This document shows, piece by piece, positions 1-13,423 of a DNA stretch of 64,000 nucleotides. Numbering within the stretch: the stretch's first letter is position 1; each line of letters opens with the position of its first letter. The translations under genes were made by a program, and so were the position numbers. The notes under the pieces were generated by a model, which saw nothing but the letters and a program-made list of their open reading frames with translations, did no database searches and was not told where the DNA came from. The stretch is from Felis catus (Eukaryota), in NCBI RefSeq assembly GCF_018350175.1, contig NC_058383.1, positions 4,464,001 through 4,528,000 of the forward strand, written 5' to 3'.

Positions 1-1119
1 GAAACCAAGTTACTGAAAGACTGAAGGACTGAGCTAGACCACATAGGTTATGCCCAAAAGTCTCACTGTCATTTGGCAATGAAACCAGAGAGGCGAGTGG
101 AGCGGTAAATAAGCGTCAGAGGAATGGGTATGTCCGATCAATGAAGTCTTTGCCTCCTGTGTATTGATCTTGTTCCGTAACTGAAAAAACTTAGGACACA
201 GACTTTAACATCAGAAGTTTCTGCCTCGTGAATCTCACTTCTGCGCGACTGCAGATACGGACCCTGACACAACGCTAGGTCTCACAGATGGAGAGGGCGT
301 GCAGGTCAAGTGAGTGAGATGGAACTTCACCATCGAAACTGCAGGAAGCTCTGCCAAGTCTTCTTGGAACAGTCATGAGAATATTAACGGAAGACACTCC
401 TGCTTCAAGTCCTAGATTCCTACTTGCTGGCCTGCGAGGACACCAGGCTTTCATTCTGCTGTTCAAAGCACAGAACTGAAAGTGTAAAAACTGAAAGGCA
501 TTTCCAGCAATGATTAGTCTTCCTTCGATTATTTAATGTTGGGAGAATAGAAGAAAAAACTATAAAAAGTAGATAGTAAATGAAGAGGGCTGCATACTGT
601 ACATAATATGACACGCTCACATAGCCAAGAGCTGCAAAGAAATGGAAGCAGGAGCTACTGACTGGCTCATTCCAGACAGACTGAATGTCAGGGGGAAAGG
701 GTTTTCTGTCCTGGAGCTGTTGGTTGTTTTGTTTTGTTTTAATCTCAGAGATTACTGGGGAAAGCAAACACACCCATGCACATGCCACTAAGAAACACAA
801 AAGGCACACATGAAGGCAAAGCGCACTCCTGTGGTTTCAAGCCTTTCTTCAGCAGTTTGTGTTTCATTCCAGAAGATACACACACTTAACAGATAAACGC
901 TTTCCATTCACACAGAAGGAGCCAAATGCTCACAGTGCACACACTGCACCTTGCTGTTTTCACTTGATGGTGCATTTCTTACAGAGGTGTCTTGATCAGT
1001 ACCTATAGGTCTATCTTAGTTTTTTTTTGGAATGAGTTATGTAAAATTTGTTGGTGATTCTAGCACTGGGCCATTCTTAATTTACCTATTTCATACTCTT
1101 ATGAAAAAGGGTTGCTTTT

Positions 1120-1321
1120 GGGGTGCCTGGGTGGCTCAGTCAGGCGTCGGACTCTTGATTTCGGCTCAGGTCATGATCTCGCGGTTCATGGGTTCCAGAC
1201 CCGTGTCAGGCTCAGTGCTGACAGCTCAGAGCCTGCTTGGGATTCTCTCTCTCTGTGCCCCTCCCCTGCTCATGCATGTGCGCACTCTCTCTCTCTCCAT
1301 AAGTAAATAAGCTTAAAAAAA
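1120..1321 (+). mobile_element. CanSINE (SINEC)
   Basis: GGGGTGCCTGGGTGGCTCAG head, CT-rich region, A tail; diverged TSD aaaaagggttgctttt/aaagagggctgctttt. Confidence 0.9.
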
Positions 1322-2159
1322 GAGGGCTGCTTTTGATAAAGTATGACACAGGCTCCTGAATGGTTAACAGCTAATGTTACTGTGACGACTGCTGTGCCCT
1401 TTAAAGTAAAATTTAATAGGCTCTGAACTCGAACGCTTACCGAATGAGGAAACAGAGAAAAAATTTCAAAGAACCGAATAAAGGAAATAGCCTTTTTTCA
1501 TCAAGTGGATCTAGAAAGCTGAGGCTGCCTCTGATTCTGCTGTGGCTCTGTCCCTTGTGGAAGGACGGGAGGGCAGGACGAGGGGACAGGTGAGTTCTGC
1601 GCGTGCGCCGTGTAGAGCTGCTGCCTGGGGACGCCTGCCCCTCCCGCACAGCCTGTTTCAAGCATCTGGCTGGTGTGTGCCATACGGGAAAGTGACAGGA
1701 TTTACTTTCAGTTTTGAACACTGTGACTCACGCCAGCACTCTGTTCAACTGTGGCCGCATTTGTAATATTTAAGAAGAAAAGAGAAAGGCAAGTCACCTC
1801 AAGATGACGAGGCAGGGCACCTAGAAACCTACCTTGCCTCTCAGCTCCACGGTCAAGTGACCAAGAATTCCTCACTTTCTGAAGCTATTTTCAAGAAAAA
1901 TCGAAACTTTGTGTCCTTTCAAAATGGGCTTTCATGCTTTCCAACAATTGAAAAATATGATTTCAAAGTAGTTTTCCTTTTCTCCTGGGCTTTCTACAAG
2001 CCAAGGTTGCACAGTGTGAGAAATCTAGGTTCAGGACTGGGATTCCATGCCAGCACGCGAGTAAAAGAATGCAGACGTGCAGAGTTCACGAAAGTGGCAC
2101 GCTGAAGGGGCGGGTAACCCAAGTTGACAGAGTTTGAGTTTATTTATTTATTTTCTTTT

Positions 2160-2370
2160 TATTTAAAAAAAGTTTTTATTCTTGAGAGAGAGACAACAAG
2201 CGTGAGTGGGGGAGGATCAGAGAGAGAGAGGGAGATACAGAATTGGAAGCAGGCTCCAGGTTCTGAGCTGTCAGCACAGAGCCCAACGCGAGGCTCAAAC
2301 TCACGAACCACGAGGTCACGACCTGAGCCAAAGTCGGACGCTTACCCGACTGAGCCACCGAGGCGCCCCC
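2160..2370 (-). mobile_element. CanSINE (SINEC_Fc-like)
   Basis: Reverse head ...gagccaccgaggcgcccc; TSD tttattttctttt. Confidence 0.9.
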
Positions 2371-4770
2371 CGGGGTTTATTTTCTTTTACTCACATCCTT
2401 AAAGTCCCTTTCTGCTCCCCATTCCTCTGGAAGACACAGCTGGTGCTGCTCAGAAGCGGGGTGGATTTGGGCTGAGGTTCGCGAAGCCCACACGGCTCAC
2501 AGCGTGGGAGGTGGCGCTGCAGCTGGCACTGGGCACGCCGGCCCAAGTGCCTTCCATGCTCATCAGCAAGCACCACACAAGCCCTCCGAACGCACGGGGC
2601 TGGTGGGGGCAAGGGCCCTGACGGGCCGACGGCAGAGTTAAGCGCAGGACCCTTCTCTGACGCCACTCCGCCCGTGGCCCCGGATGCCGTGAGTCGGGTG
2701 AGTGCACGAGTGTGCTCCACCAAGCTTACATCTCACGGCACAGATGTCCACACCTGAACGCACAAACTCGCCAGATGAGAGACCCGGCCCCGGAGGGGAA
2801 GGGCTGATCCAAGCACTGGGCACACAGCACATGGCCACGAGAGGACGGAGCCGGCTCTCTGCGCTCTCCTTTGAAACCCTGCTGTGTTTCCTTTGGGCTC
2901 ACGCCACCAGTGCAAAGAGCCGGTTTTCAAAAGGTTGTTCGGCCAGGAAAAGAATTCTAGATGTTTTTACGTTCTAAGAGAAATGAGACCAATCCCCTTC
3001 TCTAACCCTGTGCCCCGACACGGAGAGCCTGGGGTGACCGATGTGAAGAGCATTTGTCCTCCCACCAGGAGGGTCCCTGCCAGGTCAGCCTGCGGTGGAG
3101 GCCCACCTCCACCCCCGACAACAGAGCGCAGACACCAAGCAATTTTGCCCGACAGCAGTATTTTATTGTTATGACAGTGTCTTGTGACCCACTTTACTCC
3201 CTGCTCCTTCCTTCTCGGTTATAAGCAGTAATTAGTAATGTCAGCGTTCTGGCTGGGCTGCTCCAGGCCCATTAATAATGCAAGAACAGGAACAGGACGG
3301 ATGCGTAAGTGTACAACAGAGGTTTCAAGGTTAAAAGCGGTAACGGAGAGAGCTATGGCAGGGGTAGGGGTGTGGTGGTGGTGGCGTGCAGGTGGTTTTG
3401 GGAGGAGAGGAGGAGAGTATGTGTGCGAGAGAGAGAGAGATGAAAGGAGTGGGAAGAGAGAGATATGGAGAGAAAGAGAGAGATTTAAATCTATTTTCTG
3501 AAACGCTCAGCTTCCCTTTAGGGCAATACGTATGGCAAAGCACAACTTCCTAGTTGTCCTCGCTCAAGCTCGCCCGCTCTTCTGGAGTGGACACACGTCT
3601 CTGGCCACCTGGCAGGGAGTGTGTCCGTGCTAAGTCTCTGGCGCTGGAGAGTTACTAGTGTATGAAATTGAGGTCAGAGAAAACTATACCAGTATCTTTC
3701 AAACATATTTTCGACGTTCTAAATGACTTCTCTTAGGAAGGCAATGCCTGCTTGTTCAGCAGAACTGGTACCTTCCCACTTACTGCTTTTAAAGGAAAGT
3801 CAAGACAAGTGATGCAGAACAGGCCCTGGGTTTGGCAGCCAGCACCCCCCCCCCGCCCCCCCGGAAGACAAGACTGCGTTGTTACAACTGCTCCCGCATC
3901 TCTGCAAATCCCCATCACAGGGGTTGCAAGGGGAGGATTTCAAAAGGTACAATATCACACATTCCTGCAGAGCTTCGTAGAAGAACTGAATGACTGCACA
4001 CAGCCTGCAAATCAGGCCTGGAAAAGGATTAGAACAGCTATTTGAGAAACACTTGCTTGGTAGATGGGGGAGGGACTACAAAGCAAGACTGAGCCCCATC
4101 CTGAGCTGTTCCTATCTTCAATGTCTTTTAAGCAGAGAAGGATTTGCTACTAAACCTTTCATTTGTCCCTCACATACCAAAAGTGAGCACTTTTCTGTAC
4201 TAGGGGAGTAACAACTTTATCTGCTAATTTCACAACCAAGGGCAGACATTTTTAAAACTGGTCGTCGTAATGCTTAGGTGAATCAGAACCCATTCTTACT
4301 TGTGAGTCAGAAATAGTCTCTATGGGAAAAGGAAGCAGCTGGAAACAGTCTTGAATCATAACTACTGAAAGCTGTATTTATCCCCACGGGGCTGACTTCA
4401 GGGCCAAGGTTTTCTCACTGGCTGTGTACTGTCCAGGAGCCCCTGAGCATGTGCCATAGACGGGGCTCCTGCACAAAAAGCCCGTGAGAAGAAGAAAGGC
4501 AGAACAGCCGAGTTCCAGCGCTTTCCACTTGCCATGAAACCCCACCCCCTCACCTAAAACCTAAGGCCACGCACTCTTCTTTGAGGGAGGTGAAGTCAGC
4601 CCCCCACAACAATCTAGGAGAAATGGCTATGGGCTTGAAAACACACAAGCGCAGTTTACAAATCACATTTCTACCTTTCCCTGCAAGTTCCCTTAAAGCC
4701 AACAAAACAAAATAAAAATCCTTTTGCTTTAAAAGTTCAGGTGACTGGGTTGATGAAAATGGGTGCGTTA

Positions 4771-4990
4771 TTTTTTTTTAATTTTTAAAAATGTTTTTAT
4801 TCATTTTTGAGACAGAGAGAGACAGAGCATGAGCAGGGATGGGGCAGAGAGAGAGGGAGACACAGAATCCGAAGCAGGCTCCAGGCTCTGAGCTGTCAGC
4901 ACAGAGCCTGACGCGGGGCTCAAACTCACGGACTGTGAGATGATGGCCTGAGCTGAAGTCGGACGCTTAACCGACTGAGCCACCCAGACG
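4771..4990 (-). mobile_element. CanSINE (SINEC_Fc-like)
   Basis: T tail, GA tract, gaagtcggacgcttaaccgactgagccaccca. Confidence 0.9.
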
Positions 4991-5271
4991 ATGGCTATTT
5001 TTTAATTGAGAAAGCAAGACACGCATAACTTCCCAACCCCTTGCGCCTTCGTGTGCCTCCCCCAACGCAACTCCTGGGGCCAGTTTAAGAAACTGCCCAT
5101 CCTCCCAGTTCTTCTGTACGTGTCCACACATACCTCCTGAGACCCGAATATAAACATACCATTCCCACCCGCCATTCTACACCTGGCTCTCTTCACTTAA
5201 TACATCTCGGGGGCAGCTCAGCGGTGGCACCACCACACCCATGTCATCCTTCTAAATCTTATTGTGCATGC

Positions 5272-5495
5272 CAGGAGTTGACTGACGGGAGCTCACGGGC
5301 CAAATGTGGCCTGCTGCCCATTTTTCTAAACACCATCTTACTGGATCACAGCCACGTTCACTGTTCACATATCATCCAGGGTGACTCGCGAGGTACGAAG
5401 GCAGAACTGAGTAGCTGCGACAGAGACTATGCGGTTGGAAAAGCCTCAACTATTTGCTGTCTTGCCCTTCGTGGAAAAAGTCTGCCATCCCCCGG
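5272..5495. mobile_element. MER58-like hAT-Charlie DNA transposon relic
   Basis: gggccaaatgtggcctgctgcc...gcagaactgagtagctgcgacagagact...gaaaaagtctgcc resembles the MER58A consensus as recalled. Confidence 0.65.
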
Positions 5496-6711
5496 TGTAG
5501 CGCTGTATGGATGTGCCAAAACGTACTTGACTTGTTTCCTGCTGGTGAACACGGTCATGGAAAATTCCTTACTCCTTAGAATTCCTCTTATTCCTTAAGA
5601 ATAAAATTACAACTCTGCAAATGCTGAGGGGCGTGAAGAAGGATGAGGAAAGGAAGAGCAGGAGCTAGCTGGGAAGAGGCCAGCCTGAAGGCGCAGGCTT
5701 CAAGAAGGAACTTCAGGGTGAGCTACAACCTCCCGAAGTGTCACTTCCTCTTTTTAGAGGAAACAAGAGGCGAACTGTGGGTCTTTTGATAAGAGGAAAT
5801 CCCCCTCTGCTGTATCAAAGCTACTCCCTGTGTTTGTGTTTTTCTAAGTCTGGCAAGGCTGCCCGAAGCACACTGTGACCAAATTAGGAAGTGAGCAGGC
5901 TGATGTCTCTAAGCTGGTCACCGCACAGCCAGGACGCCTGAGCATGTGTAGACAGTGATGGATGGGGAGGGAGAGGCTCTATCCAAAAAGGAAATGCTAT
6001 TTGCTTGAGCAATTAGCCTTATAAAAGTTACACTTAATAAGAATTAGTAAGTGTTCTGTAAGACGAAATTCACTTGCTACTGCTGACAAAAAAACAAAGG
6101 CTTCAAAGGTTTCTACAAGGAAAGATTGTGGGAGACAGAGAGCGGAGACAAATTTTGAGGGGCATTATCCTGTTTATTTCCAGGGCAGTGAAGATCTGGA
6201 GAAGTACCAGGGGAAAATATACCAACGAGCTCTTTAACAGATTCAGAAGTTTTACACTATTGAGAAAAAAAAAAAAAAGAATTCAGGCAGGTCGTGCTAA
6301 AAAAGAATTGTGTAAACGCTCCATTTGACCACTACTGCCTCCCCAACTGCTTCATTTGCTGGAACAGTAAGGTTTAAACTCATCTTACAGTTTCCAACAA
6401 GGTCTAGGAATGTGTGACACTGAATCATTCATACTGAGCTCCTTTCTGCCATCTCTACTTGGTGATATTCTCTTCCAGGAATGACTTCTGAGTTAACTTC
6501 TGATTCTGAGCCAACAAGCTGACAATCTATTCTGACCACCAGTACTATCGGGGTAATAAAGTTTAAACTTGAAAACCCTTGCTTCCCTCCCAAATTTCCA
6601 GATCAGCAAGATTCTTGGACATGGTTTTTATTCCCTGAAGAATGTGCTTGGGTCTGTTCCAGCATTCGCTCTGAAATCAGATGTGCAGTTAAGACTTAAG
6701 GTAAATTTTAT

Positions 6712-6895
6712 TTAAAAAAAAAAAATTTTTTTTTTAACGTTGATTTATTTTTGAGACAGAGCATGAATGGGGGAGGGTCAGAGAGAGAGGGAGACACAGA
6801 ATCTGAAGCAGGCTCCGGGCTCGAACTCACAGACTGTGAGATCGTGACCCGAGCTGAAGTCAGATGCTCAACCGACTGAGCCACCCAGGCGCCCC
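6712..6895 (-). mobile_element. CanSINE with internal deletion
   Basis: Reverse head gccacccaggcgcccc; lacks the central tctgagctgtcagcacagagc segment; TSD ttaaggtaa(a/g)tttta. Confidence 0.9.
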
Positions 6896-9559
6896 AAGTT
6901 AAGGTAAGTTTTAAATGACACATCTCAATTCCTCTTTACAGGAAAACCTTCAAGGGAGCCAGGCCAAAAGATGTGGGCACTGTTTTTGGCTCAATCGGAG
7001 AACCTGTCCTCTTCAGCTAGAGAAGGCGGAGGCCCAGGGCAGAGGTCTGTGAGGGCGGTGTGCTGGGGTGTGGGGCTCCCGCTGAAACAGCATGCTGTGT
7101 GCTGCCGCTAATGTGTGCTGAGCTGGCATTCTGGTTCCTTCACCAGGCTGCACGGGGCAGGAATTTCGCAGCCCCACTCTCACGTTGTCGAAATAGCTAA
7201 ACGTTTGCTTCCTACCTACTCCTATACTGATTTCTGAACAACATTTACTTACAATCACCTCAAGGGCCCGTGGATTTTACAGGTAACAAGGCTACAAAGA
7301 GATACTTTCTGAAAGACCTTGGCTGACTCACACGCAGACCCACCAGTTGAGAACTGTACTTTTATTAGTCCGGGTTTCTGTGGCCCATCATTAACGGAGG
7401 CGATTGGTATACTAACAGACCACTGAGGACACGTACAGATTTGACCTATCCTGGAATCTCTGCAGAGTCCACATGTAACTGAAAGACAGAAGCTGGAGGT
7501 CTTCCTCAAGCTACGCAAACCTGGCACTCAGTCTCTTCCCTGCACCTGCACAATGAAGGTGCCGGGGCCCTATGATCTCCCAGGTACCCCTTGCAGATCC
7601 AACGCCCGCAATCACAGATTCGGGAAACCAGAGGCCAGGATCACAGAACCGTGCGGGCAGGCCCAGTGCAGCTCCTCCGAACAGGGTCTGAACTACACAT
7701 TCACGTGTCCCGCTCGGCCAGTGCCGAGGATACCCACACCTGTCCTGACCTCACGCTGCCCATCAGATGGCACGTGTCCCACGCCCCGCTCTCGGACACC
7801 CCCCGCCCCGCAGCCGGGCCTAAGCCAGAGGTGTGCTCTTTCCAAGGCTGTCTTCTGCTTTTTCACTGCAGTGCAGAAGGCACCGCGGCTCTACACAAGC
7901 TTCGTTGTCCTTTTATGGTAGAAAAATGAATTGCTTGCCCAGCAGTGGAGCTGAGAGAGATGACAGAACGGAAAGCTGTCATTTGTTGTGGTTCTGGCAG
8001 CAACAGAAGAGAGCGTTCTCCCCTCAGCCACCCTGGGATGGACAGTGCACGCCAGGCATTCAGCGGGGGAAAAGCAAACCCAGCCAAACTGCTCCCAGAG
8101 GCATTCCTCCCTTGCCTGGCCTGTGAACGGATGTGTTTATTTATGAAGAGTGTCGAGATTTATTTTGGGGGAAATGCACTTTTTACAAAACAAGGTATAA
8201 AAAGGCCGTTTTGTGTTCTGCTAGAAGCTCTTAACAGAGGTACCCCAGAAAACACGGTTCCAATCAGATCGCATCCAAGGAACGGGCTTCATTTCCTTGC
8301 AGGACGAGGCTATGGGACTGGAGCTGGGCGGGGAGGTGACCTCGCTCAGAAGGGGGGGGGGGGGCGCAGCTGTTGCTGAAGGAAGCCCAGCTCAGCCCAC
8401 TGCCTGTCTGTCTCTGGCTCAGCTCGGAGGGATGGGGGAGTAGCCACCAACTCCAGATAAATACATTCCTGGGAAAAACACACCAATATCCAAGTCCCTG
8501 GGGTAATAAACAGCAGTTGGTACCACAGGGCCTTAAATTGTTTGCATTTCTGTCAGGAGGCCCACAGAAAAAAAGCAGGCCTCCCAGCAGCTGGGAAAAC
8601 ATGTTGCAAAAGGAGAATTAGGCAATTCTCTGTATGCACGTTGGAGTTAGGGAAATTAAGCTTATCTGAGTGAGAGAAATTAAGCTTATCCAACATGCTT
8701 TCAGCTGGAAAACAAGCCATTTTAAATGGGTGGGGAAAAAACTTTGTGATGGTTACATGGTTTCTTCCATATTTAAAGCACCCAAGGACTAAAAAATCAC
8801 GCTGGCCACCGAGTGGTAGCTAAGCAGCAGCCACTAAAAGAGGGGCCAAGCGTCCAGTTTTCCTACAGCCAGCAATGCAGACCCTTCCACGCAGCAGGGG
8901 GTGTGCTCCAGAGACAGCCGGCCTCTGGACATGTGCGCCCAGGATGTGTCCACCTGGCCTGTGAACGGGTGTGTTTATTTATGAAGAATGTCAAGATTTA
9001 TTTCCTTGCACTGTCTCTGCCTCTATCATCGCTCGTAACCACTGCTGCCTTTACCTTCCGGCCCCCCCCCCCTCCCCCCGTCAGCCCTCGGAAGACCAGC
9101 GTTTCTTCAGGCTAATCCACTCCCACCGAAGTCTTCTGGACAAGGGTCAAAGATTGCTAGTGAACACCCACAACACTGCACTAATGGGCTTTGGGACTGG
9201 ATGGTTTGTTAACCAAGGACAAAGGAGCACCGTGCATTCCCAGGTCGCGGGTCACTAGGTCACCAGAAGTGACCAGATATTCCAGCCCCCCTAACGCTGT
9301 GGATCTAGTCTCTCCCCCCATCATGCCCTCTTTCATGGCTCTACAAGGCCCGCGCTCCCACCAGAACTCTGATCACACCATCCCAGCATTAGGCTCGCGA
9401 CGGCTCCCTGGGGTGTCTGCAACCAGATTCAGGCCTCTGCTCTGCAAACCCCTTTCTATCTAAGGTCCACTCCTCCTCCCAGTGTGTACTCTTCCTGCTC
9501 TGTCACACCCGTCTAACGGCTGACCCTTGTTCAGCTCTGCTTGCATCACTCCCTGGCCA

Positions 9560-9832
9560 GGAATACTGGTCTACCTGTACCCATCAGGTCCTGTCAGGAC
9601 TCAGGCCAAGACCCAGCTCTTCCATGAAGTGTTTCCAGACTGCCCAATTAAAGTCCCCCCCGCCCCACCCCCCATCCCCAGCTCCCTCCAGCAGCCCCTG
9701 TCACCATCTCACTATTTAGCTGTCTGCATAAGGAGTCGGCTTCTCCGACCCCGATCTCAGGGTACGGTTGTGGCTGCCCCTTCTGTATTTCTTCAGGCAT
9801 GGCAATACTCAGTCAAAATCTGCTGAATGAAC
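9560..9832 (+). mobile_element. L2 3'-end relic
   Basis: cttccatgaagtgtttccagac...ggcatggcaatactcagtcaaaatctgctgaatgaa is an L2-type terminus. Confidence 0.5.
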
Positions 9833-11039
9833 CACCAAATTCCAATCAAAGCCAACCGGCGTGTCTTGGCACAAGCCTATGCCGACGGAGCAGCGAAGCA
9901 GTGCGTTCAAAGAGGGAAGAAACGTGAGACAGAAGGGGGGAGACCCTCGTCAGCTTCTTCTACAGGAAGACAGCAAGGCAAAGGGTTTTAAGAAAGAGCG
10001 AATCCAAAGGAAGAACTCAGGGGAGAGAGAAGAGCCGTAGGGCAGAAAGGGCCACGGTGACAAAGGGCTCGGGGGCACGGGGCTTGCCTGGACAGAAGAC
10101 CCACCCTGGGAGAGCTGAGTGGAGGTCAGAGTGGGCACTGGCCTCAGAAGGGAGGAGGAGGCCTTTACAGGAGGAAAGAGCCTGGGAGCTAAGAGGATTG
10201 TGACAACAGGAGACGTTTTAAGCAGCAAAATCTCGAAGAGGGGACAGGAAGGGAAAAGGACAAGCAGGAGTCAAAGACAAGAGAAGAAAAAATTGTGACC
10301 TATCTCACTCTCTTTGGGCTAGAATCTGGATCAGCTTCTCAGGTATAGGGAGCTTTTGAAATTTAAAATACTTTTCATATGAATTTCTGATGGAAAATAA
10401 AACTGACAAGTGCTTTTATGAGACTACAGGGATTTGATCTGAGAAACTCTTAGCCTGTTTCTCTTTGAAAACCAAATGCCAACACCAGTTTCAAAACCCT
10501 CAGTATTCTAGAAACCAGGGACTTTGGACTGGAAGGACACTCGAAAGGTCATCTGGTCTCTTTTCTGGCCTTGAAGCTGCACCACTTGCTGGAAGGCATT
10601 CCAGAGAAGGGAGTCTGTCCAGAGCTGTCCAGCAGCCTCTGGCAGGGCCTCAGCACAGGGCTCCAGGCTCCTGGAACAGTCTCCCTGTTACAATATGGTC
10701 TAGTGACCCATCTTGGATTCCTTCTGGGTACCTCAGGTCTTTTTTCTCAAGGAAGCTGGAAAACACCAGGTCACTACCACTCCTACGGAAGAATCTTGTA
10801 CAAATAGAGACCCTCTCTCCTGCTCCTCCCTCCTCCTTCCAGGAGGAGGGGCCCTTTCACACCTTCCCACAAAAAGCTTTTGACAGTTTCCTACACATTC
10901 TCCTAATCTCTTAAAAAAGTGACAATGCCACAGAACTGGACATCCGATTAAGGGTCTTTCCAGTTCCCAAGACTGAGAGGCCCTCAAAGGAACAAAGTAG
11001 GTAAGAGCACAGATACAGAAAAGTCAAGTGAAATCAGAT

Positions 11040-11345
11040 TTTTAAAATGCAGTATTTTTAAAATTAACTTCGTTATGAAAAAATTTAAATATATAAAAAC
11101 GTAGGCAATAAACATGAGTGATGGATCCCCACATGCCCATCACTCAGGTTTAATACTGATCAGCTCAGGGCCAATCTGCTTTCTGTACCTCATCTACTCT
11201 CCCGTCCTCTCTCACCCAGTGTAATTTTAAGGTAAACCCCAGACGACATATCCTTTCATTTGTAAGCATTTCAGTTTGTATCACCAAAAGATAAGGAAGG
11301 AGTGTTAAAACTGGCCAACCATACCCAAATCACACCTAAAACCAT
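11040..11345 (-). mobile_element. Old L1 (L1MC-like) 3' fragment
   Basis: AT-rich and similar in reverse orientation to the fragment near 40250-40520. Confidence 0.5.
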
Positions 11346-12435
11346 AGAACAGTGAGGAAGGCAGCCTTGGATTTGACTCCTGATGTTGTCACTTGCTAGC
11401 TGTGACTCTGGAGAGACGAGGAGCAGAAAATCCCTGAGAGGCTGTCGGCAGGAGCTCTGCTGGCAGGCTGCTCGGCATCTGCCTGTCGAACTAGGGAGCC
11501 GACCCCCATCTCAAAGGGCCCTGAGCACCTGTGCGAACTTTCTGGCAGAATGGCACAACAGCTTGGGGGTATGCTTCTTCCCCAACCGCAGCCGACTGGA
11601 CCGTTTCTCAGCGCTGATCCTAGTCACCAAGGTCATTCTGTGCCCGTTTTCTCAAGGCGCATCAGTACGTAATGCAGATACAGAGCACACAAGCTGCCCT
11701 TCAGTTTCATGGGCTGGCAGGGCTGGCTCTTTAGCCTGTGACAGTGGAGATGAAGGGCAATGGGTTCTGGGTCTGGGCGGTTCATCCCACGCAGAACGGT
11801 AAACTGGCCCACAGACAGGCACGCGTTTCTAAACATGGTCTGGGAGAAAGCCATGCGGCCTCTGGGGACTAGAGAGGTGACAGAGGCCCTCCTCATTCTC
11901 TGTATGTTTGTCTCAAAGTCAGGGAGGACACCGAAGAGTAAAACGCCATGCTCAATGCTTAGTTACTCCACAGCGACAGGAAAATGACCTTGAGTCCAGC
12001 GGCACACATGAGAAATCCCACCCTGTGACGGCTCCGCTCCGCGCTTTAAGCCTTCCTCTTTGCTCCCGCCTCCCGTGCCCCCACGCCTCCTCCCTGACAC
12101 AAACACCCACGGGGAGATGGGGTGTTTTCACGCTTGTGTTGTCACCATAGCAACCATTTCTCTCCTACCTGCAAGGCTGGAAGCCCTCAGTGCTCTGGGC
12201 CGAGAACGCAAAGAGGGCACACGAAGGCTCTGTGCTCCACAACACACACACACAGCACACATGCACACACACGCAAACACGTGTGATGCGTGCACACACT
12301 CCTTCAAGGACACTGCAGCCAGAACCACTAAAACAAATTAAAATGCTGACACCGGGTCACACAATTAGCAATTACACAAAAAGGCAGCAAATGACTATAA
12401 AACGACATTTTGTAGACATCAATCCTTGAGGGATT

Positions 12436-12505
12436 TAAAAAAAATTTTTTTTTAATGTTTATTTTTGACAGAGAGACACACATACAGAGCGTGAGCAGGG
12501 GACAG

Positions 12506-12596
<91 letters not shown>

Positions 12597-12726
12597 TCCG
12601 AAGCAAGCTCCAGGCTCCAAGCCGTCAGCAAAGAGGCCGATGATGTGGGGCTTGAACCCACAAACCACGCGATCATGACCTGGGCCGAAGTTGGACACTT
12701 AACTGACTGAGCCACCCAGGCACCCC
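12436..12726 (-). mobile_element. CanSINE carrying an expanded (GA)n(CA)n microsatellite
   Basis: Reverse head gccacccaggcacccc; TSD aat(c/t)cttgagggattt. Confidence 0.92.
12508..12593. repeat. Compound (GA)n(CA)n microsatellite
   Basis: Directly visible, about 20 units of each. Confidence 0.97.
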
Positions 12727-13386
12727 AATTCTTGAGGGATTTTTAACGTGAGATTTCTGAAGACTCTGAATCAAAACACATCTCTCCTCTGATGAGGCAC
12801 ACGCAAAAAGCCATTAAGTTATTTTAACAAAACATATGAAGGCTCTAAACAAATAACGTGTAGTTTCCAAAAGGCAGGCACTGAAAACTTACAGTCCCCC
12901 TATGGTTTGTGAACAGCGTTAGACTGTGGAGAGCCTGATACGCAATGGCTCATGGTGGCCACAAAAACCGTGAGAAAGGGGTCAGAGTTTCAATTTTAGT
13001 AAGTGCCCATACAAATCTGTTAAAAATTCAGTCTCTCTCTTTATATACTACAGATAACGCATCTTAGTAGAAACCAAGACACCAAAGAGAGACAAGGAGG
13101 GAGGTCTTTTCACTCCAAGGTCAGTGAAAAGTGAGCAGCCCTGACCTCTAGGCCTGCCTGCTGCACTGGCAGTACGTGCGGCAGTCAACACCCCAAGATC
13201 AGTACCTTCCCAGGAAGACAAAAAAACATACCCAATGAGTCATGGAGACAAACCTTGGATTTTTATCTTTACTTTGTGACTAATTCTGACTTCCCTAGCA
13301 AAATGTACAATCGTTTTTCTAGGTCCATCCTACACTCATCTCTTTGAATATTATTCCCTGGGATGCCAGTTTTTTCAAATAGGAAT

Positions 13387-13423
13387 ACCACCACCACCAC
13401 CACCACCACCACCACCACCACCA
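13387..13423. repeat. (ACC)n trinucleotide microsatellite, about 12 units
   Basis: Directly visible. Confidence 0.97.

Noticed and set aside
6715..6735. A-run/T-run palindromes (also near 12437, 50519, 58599, 60710)
   Set aside because: They are recurrent features of CanSINE tails, not terminators or independent hairpins.
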